The position numbers were made by a program, and so were the translations under genes. This document shows positions 21,650 through 31,377 of a stretch of DNA of 42,073 nucleotides, one piece after another. The notes under the pieces are model-generated. The model saw nothing but the letters and a program-made list of their open reading frames with translations, was not told the DNA's origin and made no database searches. Every line of letters starts with the position of its first letter. The stretch's first letter is position 1. This DNA is from a virus: the IMG/VR virus record IMGVR_UViG_3300025890_000005. The stretch is one strand, 5' to 3'.

Positions 21650-24600
21650 ATGAGCAGTATCGTAAGCCTTGAGGAACTTCTAGCAGATGAAGAGGACTTC
21701 TCTCAGGTAGAGCAGAAGAAACCTCTTGATCCCACCTCACCACTTGAAAAACAGGTGGTTGAGGAACAATCTCTTTTGCTCGAAGTAGACCCCGCCGTTA
21801 TCTCTGAAGCTCGTCTTGCAGAGGACATGACACACGAGGGGTTGGCTAAACAATTTCCTGACTTGAATGTATTCCTTGAGACACTATACGATGCTGGTGT
21901 TTCTATTGAAGAGGCTGGTCGTTTAGCACAGGAACATGTAGACCGTAAGCAGGTAGCTGTTTCTCCTCGTGAGTTTATCTTCTCTAGTATCATGATGGTT
22001 GATGACGATACAGTTAACCAAGAAACTCTACGGATGTTAACTAACTACGAGTTGATTAACAAACGTATTGCTGAACGTCTTGAGAAGAATGACCCCTCTA
22101 CTTTTAAGTGGTTGGCTGCTGGTACTCTGAACACTGCCCGTGACTTTACTATCGGTGTGTTTGAGATGTTAATCCGTAAGGACTCCCGTAAGTCTAAAGA
22201 GTACGCAGATACTTTGTTAATGGAACCAGAAGAGTTTGACACCTACTGGGAGAATGAACTAAACGATGCAGAGAACAAGGGTCTCTTTAACATTCGTGAG
22301 TATGAATCTTTAAGAGATGTTCAAGAATTAATTGATAACTTTGGTGTAGACGAGAATGCTGGGTTCAATCAGCTTCTTGCCTTGGCAGACGTAGCCACAC
22401 TAGGTGTAACTCAAACTGCTACTAGACTAGCCGCAGCTGGTGGACGTAAACTAATTACAGGTTCTGCTGCTACTCGTGAGACTATAGAGGGGGTTCTAAA
22501 GTCTAAGTCAGCATCTGAGGTTATCACAGCCACTAAGGGTAACGTAGCTGGTGCTAAAGCTACAATCATTCAACACAACACAGGTCAGGCTCCTAGCTCT
22601 GTATCTGGTAAGGCTGGACCTACAACACTAGACCCTAATCCAAACACACCAGTCCCTCATTCAGCCACAGTTATTGAAGGCACTAAGGCCTCCATGCTGT
22701 TTGATGACATGGCTAAGATTATGCAGTCTCCTTTTGCAGGTAAGGCATTCACACTAGAGAGCCTTAACGAAGCTACTGAGGAAGTAGCTACACGCCTGAT
22801 GAATAGTTCAACCAACGCCTTCGTTAAACTATCTCGCCGCCGTGCAGAGGATTCAGATAACTTTATTTACTCAGCAATCTTGGGTAAGTCAGAGAATGGT
22901 GCAGCCTTCGCCACTAAGAAAGAGGCACAAGAGGCTGTTAACTTTGACCCACGTTACACACCAGTACGCCGTAATGCAGATGACCTAGAGCAAGGCTATG
23001 GCTTGAAGGAAAACAAACGTGGATGGTATCTTCAGTACGAAGAACGTATTGATACTAGCCGCCTAGCTAAAGAGTTAGAGGATGTAACAGTAGACGAGGG
23101 CTTCGTTAAACGTGCAGCTGCCCGTCTGTTCTCAGCTGGTCAGACTACAGTTGGTCCTCGTGTAGGGTTTATGATTAACGCAGCTGAAGGTCTTGTTGCT
23201 CGTGTAAGTAAGATTGCTGATAAGTCATTTAAAGACATTCGCAGCCTTAGTAAACAGGAATACGAAGAAGTCAACAAGGTCATGACACGTTACCGTGATA
23301 GACCTGAGGGTGATGCTCAAGAGAACCTAGCTGCACAACGGGGTGCTCCTAGTTCTAACAAGTTTGCTGATGACTTCTTTCAGATTAACGGTAAGGTTCC
23401 AACTGAAAAGCAATTGACTGCCTACCGTGCTCTTACTGACTTCAACAATGCAGCTTGGAATGTAAAAGCTACTGAGATTTTAAAGAATGTAACTAATCGT
23501 GGTGGTTGGGCAGTCACTATCAATACAGGCTATGACGGTATCGGTGTGATTGCTAAGGCGGCAGACGATGACGTAGTGTACAGTAGACTACAGGGCCGCA
23601 TTAAAGGTGCTCAGACAGCTGACAGAGTAGTTTACAAGCTAGACCAGCCTTACCAAACTCCTGACGGTACAAACTACCAGTATGTCACAGACGTAGTGGA
23701 TGCCCGTATTCCTCAGAAGTCTGATGTATTAGGTTACAATGTAGGTGGTTCACGAAACAACGAGACCCTTAACTTCTTTGTCGGCTCTGTGTTTGAGACT
23801 ACCCTCGCTGGTGGTAAGGAGGCAGCAAAAGGTTTCCGTACCCTGATAGGTTCTTTTAGTGCTAAGGAAGCTGACAAGGCTGCTAAGGAACTAACCAACA
23901 TCGTAGAAGCCCTAGCACCTATCTTTAAGGCTACAGGTATTAAACACATCAAAGACTTGGGTATCTCAGGTGATGACCTTACCCGCATCAATGCCGTTAT
24001 TGCAGCAAATAACTCTTGGAATCCTTCCTCAATTAAGAACTTTGAGGACTTGAAGTTGTTGGCTACTAAGCACGACGAGTCCTTTACCACTAAGTTTGAT
24101 GTTAAACGTAGAGACCAGAAGGTTGATGCTAAGATCGTAGATGGTCAAGGCATGTCTGTAGGTGAATATCAGTCCATGCGGGTGTCCCGTAAACGTGGTG
24201 ATGCTCCTCTCTTAGAGTACGGTGGTGCTCGTGTAGGCAATCAAGACCCTATTACTAACATCGTAGAACAGTTTGAATCGTCTGCCTACCGTTACACTCA
24301 TTATAAAGCAACTCAGGCTGCTGTCAATGGTTGGGTTCTAAAAGCTAAGAGACTAGGTAACGTAGAGTTTGATGGCCCTATACCTTCTAACCCAGAAGAC
24401 TTCGTCCGTCTTGCTCGTGTCAAACCGGGAGATGGTCCTAAGACAGTAGAGGCTGACATGTTTGACCAACAGGACGTAATTAAACGGCGTCTAGGGTTAC
24501 AGGAAAGGTCTAACAGGCTTGATCGGTACTATACTATGCTAGCTCAGAGCATATATGACGAGGGTGTGTTCGGTTTTGGTAAAGGTTTAAAGACTAAACC

Positions 24601-26131
24601 TGAGGACTGGCTTGGTGGTGCAGCTGGTCGAGCCAGAGCATTTGCTTTCCACCTTAAGATGGGTTTCCTTAACCCTGACCAGATGGTTCTTAACGCTTCA
24701 CACGTTGCACAGATCATGGCAATCTCACCTAAGGCTGGTGCTAAAGCTACAGCTGCTACCCCTGTCATTGCTCACCTGATGTTGAAGACACCTAAAGCTG
24801 CTGCTAAAGATATTGATGCAATGTACTCCAATGGTTTTGCTGGTATGACCAAGCAAGAACTGCTAGATACTGTACGTTACATGCGTGAGTCAGGTCGTGA
24901 CATTATCGGTACGTCTGTTTTGGAACGTAGTGGAGCTACATTCAACAGTAATCAAACAAAAGCATCTGAACTTTTAGAGATGGGGCTGACACCATTTAAG
25001 ATTGGTGAACTTTATGGACGTATTGCAGCCACAGCTACAGCTGTTGTAGAACACGGTGCAAAGAAAGTATCGGATGATGTCTTTAGTGAGACAGGTTTGC
25101 AGTATGTAGCAAATCGTGAACAGGTTCTTACATTCCGTATGACATCTGGGCAGAAAGGTGCTTACCAAGAAGGCCCGATCTTGGGTCTAGCTACACAGTG
25201 GATGTCCTACACCAACCGTTTCTTGGATAACATCATGCTTGGTCGTGATTTAACCAAAGCAGAACGTGCTCGTATGTTAGCAACCAACACTGTGATGTTT
25301 GGGACACGGGGTATGGGCTTCCCTCCACGAGTAACAGCTGCAATGGTCGCTATGGGGATTGACCCTGAGGACCAGAACTCCACAGCTGCCCTTAATGCTG
25401 TAAAGTTTGGCCTGTTTGACTGGGTTCTCTCTCAAGGTGTAGGAACAGACGTATCGTTAGGTACACGTATCGCTCCTTTGGGTGGTCTTGTTCAGCAATA
25501 CACTGAACTATTTGCTGAAGACCCAGTCTGGTCTACATTAGGTGGCCCATCTGTGCAGATTGGTACTGAAGGACTGTCATCTCTAAAGGACGCTGTTTCT
25601 GCATTACTTGGTAGACACTATAAAGTGTCGATTGAAGAGTTTACCGTGATGATGCGTAACGTAAAGTCGGTAGACATCTACTCTAAAGTTGTTGAGTTGA
25701 TTGAAACTGGCGAGTACCGTAGTAAACGCCGTAGTCTTGCAGGTGAGTTTACAGAAGAAGAGGTTGATCTGGGTTTTGTATCATCTATCATTGCGGGTGC
25801 TACCCCAATGAAAGTCCTCAATCACTACGATGCCAAGGATATCTCCTACAAAGAGGATGCTAAGTTCAAGGATGCTCGTAAACGTATTGATACTTGGGCA
25901 TCTAAAGGTTTGTCCTTGATTGAGACAGGTGATCCTGCTAAAATAAAAGAAGGTAAGGAGCTTTACAATGATGCTCTTAACCTGATAGAAGACGGTGGCT
26001 TCTCAATAGAGAACCAAACTAAGTTATACAGAGCTATTGTACGACTAGACACCATGACCGATCTAATTAGACGAGCCCGTGGTCAGTCGGCAGGTTCACA
26101 AATTACAGCACAAGCTGCTCAAGGAGAATAA
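21650..26131 (+). CDS. giant internal virion / DNA-ejection protein (1493 aa)
   Basis: Size and position are analogous to T7 gp15/gp16. No lytic domain recognised. Confidence 0.8.
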   Translation: MSSIVSLEELLADEEDFSQVEQKKPLDPTSPLEKQVVEEQSLLLEVDPAVISEARLAEDMTHEGLAKQFPDLNVFLETLYDAGVSIEEAGRLAQEHVDRKQVAVSPREFIFSSIMMVDDDTVNQETLRMLTNYELINKRIAERLEKNDPSTFKWLAAGTLNTARDFTIGVFEMLIRKDSRKSKEYADTLLMEPEEFDTYWENELNDAENKGLFNIREYESLRDVQELIDNFGVDENAGFNQLLALADVATLGVTQTATRLAAAGGRKLITGSAATRETIEGVLKSKSASEVITATKGNVAGAKATIIQHNTGQAPSSVSGKAGPTTLDPNPNTPVPHSATVIEGTKASMLFDDMAKIMQSPFAGKAFTLESLNEATEEVATRLMNSSTNAFVKLSRRRAEDSDNFIYSAILGKSENGAAFATKKEAQEAVNFDPRYTPVRRNADDLEQGYGLKENKRGWYLQYEERIDTSRLAKELEDVTVDEGFVKRAAARLFSAGQTTVGPRVGFMINAAEGLVARVSKIADKSFKDIRSLSKQEYEEVNKVMTRYRDRPEGDAQENLAAQRGAPSSNKFADDFFQINGKVPTEKQLTAYRALTDFNNAAWNVKATEILKNVTNRGGWAVTINTGYDGIGVIAKAADDDVVYSRLQGRIKGAQTADRVVYKLDQPYQTPDGTNYQYVTDVVDARIPQKSDVLGYNVGGSRNNETLNFFVGSVFETTLAGGKEAAKGFRTLIGSFSAKEADKAAKELTNIVEALAPIFKATGIKHIKDLGISGDDLTRINAVIAANNSWNPSSIKNFEDLKLLATKHDESFTTKFDVKRRDQKVDAKIVDGQGMSVGEYQSMRVSRKRGDAPLLEYGGARVGNQDPITNIVEQFESSAYRYTHYKATQAAVNGWVLKAKRLGNVEFDGPIPSNPEDFVRLARVKPGDGPKTVEADMFDQQDVIKRRLGLQERSNRLDRYYTMLAQSIYDEGVFGFGKGLKTKPEDWLGGAAGRARAFAFHLKMGFLNPDQMVLNASHVAQIMAISPKAGAKATAATPVIAHLMLKTPKAAAKDIDAMYSNGFAGMTKQELLDTVRYMRESGRDIIGTSVLERSGATFNSNQTKASELLEMGLTPFKIGELYGRIAATATAVVEHGAKKVSDDVFSETGLQYVANREQVLTFRMTSGQKGAYQEGPILGLATQWMSYTNRFLDNIMLGRDLTKAERARMLATNTVMFGTRGMGFPPRVTAAMVAMGIDPEDQNSTAALNAVKFGLFDWVLSQGVGTDVSLGTRIAPLGGLVQQYTELFAEDPVWSTLGGPSVQIGTEGLSSLKDAVSALLGRHYKVSIEEFTVMMRNVKSVDIYSKVVELIETGEYRSKRRSLAGEFTEEEVDLGFVSSIIAGATPMKVLNHYDAKDISYKEDAKFKDARKRIDTWASKGLSLIETGDPAKIKEGKELYNDALNLIEDGGFSIENQTKLYRAIVRLDTMTDLIRRARGQSAGSQITAQAAQGE

Positions 26132-26132
26132 G

Positions 26133-28118
26133 ATGCCCTTTACACTAGACCAAAACGTATCGGGTGCAGCCGCAGCACCTCAACCAGTTCAACAAATCTC
26201 GAACACCTCAATTGCTGCTGGTGTCGTGGGTAGTTTGTTGGATGTAGGTGCCTCTTTTGCTAGAGCACAGACAGCTGCTCCTAAAGCTACACAGTCTGAC
26301 AGGGATAGAGTAGCCTTTGGTAGCCTTTTGACAAAAGTAAAACAACGACAAGCTGCTGGAGAAAGTCTTGATGCAATTGCGGAAGACCTTGCTCCTTCTT
26401 TTGCTACTTTAGGTTTAAACGATGAGGAAAAGTCTGTCGTAACTAACTTGTTCGGAGAAGATATTTTCTTTGTACCCAAACAAGCCCCATCTTTGGCAGA
26501 TATTAAGGTTGACCAATTCACTCAGAACTCACCAGCATTTCAAGCAGGGTATATTCAACAAGAAATAGAAAAGGCAAAAGCAAATGGGGAAAGTATCTCC
26601 AATGAAGTAGCTGCTCAACGTGCAATAGAAACTTATTCAGCCTTTCAAGTAGCTGCTAATGCTGGCACACTCCAAGGTAACATAGACTGGAACACTGGTT
26701 ACGATCAGAACATTAAAACACTAGATAGCTTTACAGCTACAGTAGGTGCAGCCCTACGAGTTGAGCAAGCTGGTGGTAACTTCGATCTTAAAAGTCTCCA
26801 GCAAATGCGAGATGCCTTTGTTTTGCTCAAGTCTCAACCAGCCTTCCAGAAACCAGCTGGTCAAGAGGCTCAGGAAAGATGGGAGATCATGAAGGGTCGA
26901 TTGGATGCAATTGATGCTACCTTTACTGCCTTACAGGACTACGATAAGAAAGGAGCAACGGAAGCTGCTACTACTTTCATGGCTCAGATCGCTTTGAAAG
27001 ACGGTATGTCTCCTTTGGCGGGAGCAGTCATGAATGACCCTCTTCTCACCGCACAATTGCTTGCGGGGGCTACAGCTGACCTAAAGGAAGTTATTGCTTC
27101 TGATTACAAACCAGAGACAGTAGACTACAAAGCCTTAAACCCAGACCCAGTTGTTCTTGAGTTGATGGGTGTAGCCCCTAGTGGTGCTGCATTATCTGGT
27201 GACGGTACAACACCAACTGTACCCCCACTTGATGTTATCTTCCCTCCAGAAGTAGCCGATGCTTTCACAGAAAGAAATCTGGTAAGACGGGCAAAGAGCA
27301 TGTCATACCACAGTGGGGTCATCTCTTCCATGCCCAAGTCTGGGCTAACAACTCCTGAGGCAGTTAATGCTTATGCCTCGAGTGTCACATCTTTATCTTA
27401 TGCCCTCACTAAGAACGAACAACAGTCTACTAGGTACATGGATAGCCTGTTTTCTAATGCAAATCTAAACAGCCTTGCCGCCCTTGAGGCAGCTGGTGGA
27501 GAGAGTGGACGTATCGCAGCTAACCTGAGAGCACAGATGGGTGCAGCACTGCAACATAACCAAGCCTTAGTGGGCCGTATCGCAGCTGGTAAGACACAGA
27601 CAATCCCTAACATTGGTATTGACTCTGAGAAGGGTACATTTACTTTACTTGATAGCTCTGATCCACAGATGCAAAAGATTGCAGCTGTAGTATCACGTTA
27701 CTATGGTGGTGACTTTGAGGCTTTATGGAAAGAAGGTGCATCTGCACGAACACTCCTTAAAAATCGTCTAGCTAGTGCTGGTGAAATAGAGTTTGATAGG
27801 CAGTCAATGATTGACTTTGAGGCCGCTACTGAAATCTTAAACAGTTCCTTGTGGAAAGGTATGGCTGCTAAGTATAGTACCGTTGCTGGTATCCCTGCAC
27901 GATTGAAGTTCTTTAAAGATCAAGCTAAGAAATTAAAGGTAGACATTGGTACTGGTCCTTCAGAGCCTACGTCTGTAACGGAGGAAACAAGTGAAACAGG
28001 TGTCCCATCAGGTACAAAAGAAAGCCCACTTCTTCCTCAGAATGCAGAAGCGTTTGCTTTGGTTAGTGAAGGTGAGTACTACATTGATCCTGCTGATGGC
28101 TTACTGTACGTTAAATAA
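26133..28118 (+). CDS. internal virion / ejection protein (661 aa)
   Basis: AAGGAG lies 6 nt upstream of ATG 26133. The track's longer start overlaps the previous gene. Confidence 0.7.
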   Translation: MPFTLDQNVSGAAAAPQPVQQISNTSIAAGVVGSLLDVGASFARAQTAAPKATQSDRDRVAFGSLLTKVKQRQAAGESLDAIAEDLAPSFATLGLNDEEKSVVTNLFGEDIFFVPKQAPSLADIKVDQFTQNSPAFQAGYIQQEIEKAKANGESISNEVAAQRAIETYSAFQVAANAGTLQGNIDWNTGYDQNIKTLDSFTATVGAALRVEQAGGNFDLKSLQQMRDAFVLLKSQPAFQKPAGQEAQERWEIMKGRLDAIDATFTALQDYDKKGATEAATTFMAQIALKDGMSPLAGAVMNDPLLTAQLLAGATADLKEVIASDYKPETVDYKALNPDPVVLELMGVAPSGAALSGDGTTPTVPPLDVIFPPEVADAFTERNLVRRAKSMSYHSGVISSMPKSGLTTPEAVNAYASSVTSLSYALTKNEQQSTRYMDSLFSNANLNSLAALEAAGGESGRIAANLRAQMGAALQHNQALVGRIAAGKTQTIPNIGIDSEKGTFTLLDSSDPQMQKIAAVVSRYYGGDFEALWKEGASARTLLKNRLASAGEIEFDRQSMIDFEAATEILNSSLWKGMAAKYSTVAGIPARLKFFKDQAKKLKVDIGTGPSEPTSVTEETSETGVPSGTKESPLLPQNAEAFALVSEGEYYIDPADGLLYVK

Positions 28119-28131
28119 GGAATTAACTGAT

Positions 28132-28671
28132 ATGCCTAAAAGTTCATGGAATACTGGTAAATTGGTTACTCAAGAAACGTCTGAGGCTAGTCTTACACCA
28201 GAGTCAACAACCCAACAAACCTTAGAGGCTGTAGAAGCTAAGGGATACGACACCCTGTATGGTAACTTTGAAGCTAAGGACACCCCTTTCAAAGGTTACT
28301 CCGTATCTCAGCAGACAGTAGGGGATTTAATAAACTTTTCCGAACCATCTGGGGCTTATGGTCGTTACGTTAAGCCACGATTAGGTAAACAGACTGAGGC
28401 TTACAAGAAAGGTCTTACTTCTACACCTATGGGTAAGTACCAGATCGTTGGTTCTACCCTTCGTGACTTAGTTAACCGTATGGGTTTACCTAAAGATACT
28501 GTCTTTAACAAGGCTACACAGGATTCAATGTTTCTTTTCTTAGCTAAAGAAAACATAGATAAGGGTAAGACAATTTCTCAGAAGAGAGCTAACTTACGCA
28601 GTATCTGGGAAGGTTTTCGGAAGGTAGATGATGCTACCCTAGATGCCCTTATAGCAGAGGTAGGTAACTGA
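28132..28671 (+). CDS. lambda-R-like lytic transglycosylase/lysozyme (179 aa)
   Basis: VEAKGYDTLYG and STPMGKYQIVGSTLRDLVNRMGLPKDTVFNKATQD...NLRSIWEGF parallel lambda R SEGTDN..GYDVIVGG and GAGRYQLLSRWWDAYRKQLGLKDFSPKSQD...CSNIWASL. There is a ~35-aa N-terminal extension. Confidence 0.7.
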   Translation: MPKSSWNTGKLVTQETSEASLTPESTTQQTLEAVEAKGYDTLYGNFEAKDTPFKGYSVSQQTVGDLINFSEPSGAYGRYVKPRLGKQTEAYKKGLTSTPMGKYQIVGSTLRDLVNRMGLPKDTVFNKATQDSMFLFLAKENIDKGKTISQKRANLRSIWEGFRKVDDATLDALIAEVGN

Positions 28672-29483
28672 TGGCTAAAAGTTCATGGAATACTGGTAAG
28701 AGAGTAGTCGAAGACACTTCTAGTGCTGTCGATAGTGTTGTAGAAGCGGGTACTCAGGTAGCTGAGACGGGTGGCAGTATCTGGCAGTCTGTAGTAGACG
28801 GTGTAGGTAGTTTTGTAGAAGATGTGCCAGAAATGGTAGAGAATGTAGAGGAAAGAGCAGGTATTGTATCGGATGTAGCCTCTAAAACTTCTACCATATT
28901 TAAAGCTGTCACTTCCCCCGTAGGTAAAAACTTCTTAAACGATATGATGTTTGGAAGACTAGGCTCTACGGCTGGGGAAGAAATCTTTTCTCAAGGTGGC
29001 TTAGACCTTATGAGACAGCTTGTTCTTGATGCGGGTATTGTTGAAAAGGGTTCTGTAACTATTGGTAAAGATGTTTATACAAAATTAGAAAGTAATATAA
29101 AGGTGAACCAAACGGGAGGAACTTCAGCTGGAGGAATCGTAAAAGAACTAGCTGAAGGTAACCCATCAGATGAGATCAAGCTAATTCTTGGGCAGTTTAG
29201 TGCTAAAATTGACGAGAACAACGACATTATTGTTACGGATAGGTTCAACTATAACAGCTTCATCAACCCTCTTGACGGTAAACAATATGACACTGAAGAG
29301 TATGAAGCGGCTATTGAGCAAGGGAAGTTCACTGAGTTAGAAGTCTTGATGTCTATATTTTCAGGTGAGCCTAACTATAAAATGGTCCGTGCGGCAGGTT
29401 TTGTGCTAGGTAGTAAAGATTACAAGGACGATAGCCGTGATGAAGGACGCCAATTTAAAATAAATTTAGGACCAGCAAGCTAA
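28671..29483 (+). CDS. hypothetical late protein (270 aa) sharing its N-terminal leader with the transglycosylase
   Basis: TGATG coupling. MAKSSWNTGKRV aligns with MPKSSWNTGKLV. Confidence 0.65.
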   Translation: MAKSSWNTGKRVVEDTSSAVDSVVEAGTQVAETGGSIWQSVVDGVGSFVEDVPEMVENVEERAGIVSDVASKTSTIFKAVTSPVGKNFLNDMMFGRLGSTAGEEIFSQGGLDLMRQLVLDAGIVEKGSVTIGKDVYTKLESNIKVNQTGGTSAGGIVKELAEGNPSDEIKLILGQFSAKIDENNDIIVTDRFNYNSFINPLDGKQYDTEEYEAAIEQGKFTELEVLMSIFSGEPNYKMVRAAGFVLGSKDYKDDSRDEGRQFKINLGPAS

Positions 29484-29905
29484 TGTTTGGACTCCCCTTA
29501 GAACTAATCACAATGCTTTTCTCTACCATCCTTGGTGGTGTCATGTCCATATGGGGTCAGTCAAACAAGAACAAAGCTGAACAGCAAGCAATGCTCATAG
29601 GAGCAACCAACACAGCCAGAGAGTACGGATCAAAAGACAAACACTTCGCATGGACACGTAGGATCATAGCACTCTCAGCTGTAATGGCAATCATCGTACT
29701 ACCTAAGCTCGTGGCTGTGTGGTATCCAGAAGTACCCGTGTTTGTAGGGTACACAGAAGTACAAGGAGGTTTCTGGAACTTCCTGTTCGGACCTGACAAG
29801 CAGATTGTATGGCAGTCAGCCCAAGGGTTCGTTATCACACCGCTGGACACACACATTGTGTCAGCTATCGTTGGACTATATTTCGGTGCGGGGTTTGCTA
29901 AGTAA
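29483..29905 (+). CDS. three-TM membrane protein, holin candidate (140 aa)
   Basis: Hydrophobic segments at about residues 8-24, 60-80 and 122-138. TAATG coupling. Confidence 0.55.
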   Translation: MFGLPLELITMLFSTILGGVMSIWGQSNKNKAEQQAMLIGATNTAREYGSKDKHFAWTRRIIALSAVMAIIVLPKLVAVWYPEVPVFVGYTEVQGGFWNFLFGPDKQIVWQSAQGFVITPLDTHIVSAIVGLYFGAGFAK

Positions 29906-29906
29906 A

Positions 29907-30155
29907 ATGAAAGACAAAAGTATATCAATCTCTTTTCTTGTGGGTATTCTGTTCCAGACAGGTGCCTTGGTGTGGTATGTGTCTAGTCTAGCTAGTGCTA
30001 TTGACCTGAATGCTCGTGACATTGGTAGACATGAGGCTAGGATTACTAACCTAACAACTATTATTCAGTCTCAGGCTGTAACCTTAGGCCGTATGGATGA
30101 GAACATTAAGTCCATTCGTGACATGATGGAATCAAGTAGGGTTAATAAAGACTAA
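29907..30155 (+). CDS. N-terminally anchored coiled-coil protein (82 aa), i-spanin- or antiholin-like
   Basis: ATG 29907 follows the previous stop by one base. A TM segment ISISFLVGILFQTGALVWYV is followed by a helical region. Confidence 0.5.
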   Translation: MKDKSISISFLVGILFQTGALVWYVSSLASAIDLNARDIGRHEARITNLTTIIQSQAVTLGRMDENIKSIRDMMESSRVNKD

Positions 30156-30328
30156 TGTTGTGTGCCTTAGCCTTCGTAGGTTTCAACCATGCGTGGACTG
30201 CAAGTGGTAACCAGTTGTTTCAGTACTGCTACTACGACTGCGACTTACCTAAGAATGGCTTATGGTACGACAAAGTGTACAGGGTTAGTTATAACTATGT
30301 ATGTCCAATAGAGGTTACGTTCAAATGA
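30155..30328 (+). CDS. Cys/Tyr-rich micro-protein (57 aa; not in the ORF track)
   Basis: Hand translation gives MLCALAFVGFNHAWTASGNQLFQYCYYDCDLPKNGLWYDKVYRVSYNYVCPIEVTFK. It fills an otherwise empty 145-nt gap, with TAATG and ATGA overlaps. Confidence 0.4.
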   Translation: MLCALAFVGFNHAWTASGNQLFQYCYYDCDLPKNGLWYDKVYRVSYNYVCPIEVTFK

Positions 30329-30804
30329 TTGATCCTTTCACAGCATTTGCTGCCGCCCAGACAGCTGTGTCTGCTATTAAAAAAGGTATCCAGCTAGGTA
30401 AGGATATTGGAGGTATCTCTAATGACTTAGCTAAATTTGCTGGTGCTGTATCTGATCTTACCTTTGCACATAAACAATCAGAAAACCCACCTTGGTATGC
30501 TGTACTATTCGGTGGTAATGGTCCTAGTGCAATGGACATCTTCGCTAAGAAGAAACAAGCGGAGGCTCTTCGTGCTGAAATTAAACAGTATATTCAGTTT
30601 GCCTATGGTCAGTCGTCTTGGGACGAACTTCTTAAGATTGAAGCTCAAGTTCGTAAGGATCGTCAGGCAACTCTGTATCGTAAAGCGGAGATTAAGCAGA
30701 CTATTGTGGAGTGGTCTCTTGGTTTACTGGTTGTTCTATCAGGAATTGGTGTTCTTGGCGTGGGGATTTTTTTGCTCGGTAAAAAACAAGGGAAGTGGTC
30801 ATGA
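30325..30804 (+). CDS. C-terminally anchored membrane protein (159 aa; an alternative ATG at 30301 adds 8 aa)
   Basis: C-terminal TM segment WSLGLLVVLSGIGVLGVGIFLLG. ATGA overlap with the micro-ORF. Confidence 0.6.
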   Translation: MIDPFTAFAAAQTAVSAIKKGIQLGKDIGGISNDLAKFAGAVSDLTFAHKQSENPPWYAVLFGGNGPSAMDIFAKKKQAEALRAEIKQYIQFAYGQSSWDELLKIEAQVRKDRQATLYRKAEIKQTIVEWSLGLLVVLSGIGVLGVGIFLLGKKQGKWS

Positions 30805-31064
30805 CTAAGAAAGATCCAAGACTAGAACGAGCAGGTGTATCAGGTTTCAATAAACCAAAGGCCACACCTAAGCATGCAACCAAATCTCATGTTGTTGTTG
30901 CTAAAGAGGGTGACAAGATTAAGACTATCCGCTTTGGGCAGAAGGGTGTCAAGGGTAGTCCTGATGGGACAGCTAGGAACAAAGCCTTCAAGGCTCGTCA
31001 TGCTAAGAACATTGCCAAGGGTAAGATGTCAGCTGCCTACTGGGCTAACAAGGTGAAGTGGTAA
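30801..31064 (+). CDS. small basic protein (87 aa)
   Basis: ATGA overlap. The K/R-rich ...FKARHAKNIAKGKMSAAYWANKVKW ending resembles a family seen in other marine viruses (from memory, unverified). Confidence 0.6.
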   Translation: MTKKDPRLERAGVSGFNKPKATPKHATKSHVVVAKEGDKIKTIRFGQKGVKGSPDGTARNKAFKARHAKNIAKGKMSAAYWANKVKW

Positions 31065-31252
31065 TGTGGTTAGCTGTAGTCATGGCTTGTCAGACCTTAG
31101 AGGCTTCGTCTTGTATTGTTATGGGTAACGAGAAGAACTTGTGGTACACACGTTTAGAGTGTGAACAAGATTCAGTTAACATGGCTGCTACCTTAATAAG
31201 TAATGGCATCTATGCTAAACCAAATTGTTTTAAAGTAGGGGAGAGTGCCTAA
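31064..31252 (+). CDS. small Cys-containing protein (62 aa) with a lipobox-like VVMAC
   Basis: TAATG overlap. MWLAVVMAC-QTLE forms a short signal-like segment lacking a basic n-region. Confidence 0.45.
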   Translation: MWLAVVMACQTLEASSCIVMGNEKNLWYTRLECEQDSVNMAATLISNGIYAKPNCFKVGESA

Positions 31253-31377
31253 TGGCTAAGAAATTAACAGATGCTCAAAAGTATCAACAACTGAAGCGGC
31301 AAACAGAGACAGCTGGTATGGCTGTGAAAGAAGTTGATGGTAAGATTGTTGTCAGTAGAAAGAAGAGAAAGAAGTGA
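31252..31377 (+). CDS. Lys-rich micro-protein (41 aa; not in the ORF track)
   Basis: TAATG overlap. Translates to MAKKLTDAQKYQQLKRQTETAGMAVKEVDGKIVVSRKKRKK. Confidence 0.45.
   Translation: MAKKLTDAQKYQQLKRQTETAGMAVKEVDGKIVVSRKKRKK

Noticed and set aside
26079-28131. Longer N-terminal extensions offered by the ORF track. Examples: 26079, 27991, 11056, 37440, 3790, 42020, 29805, 30795, 31058 and 41657
   Set aside because: In each case an internal ATG, GTG or TTG sits 5-10 nt after a clear SD. It usually forms an ATGA or TAATG overlap with the previous stop. The extension would overlap the upstream gene and lacks an SD.
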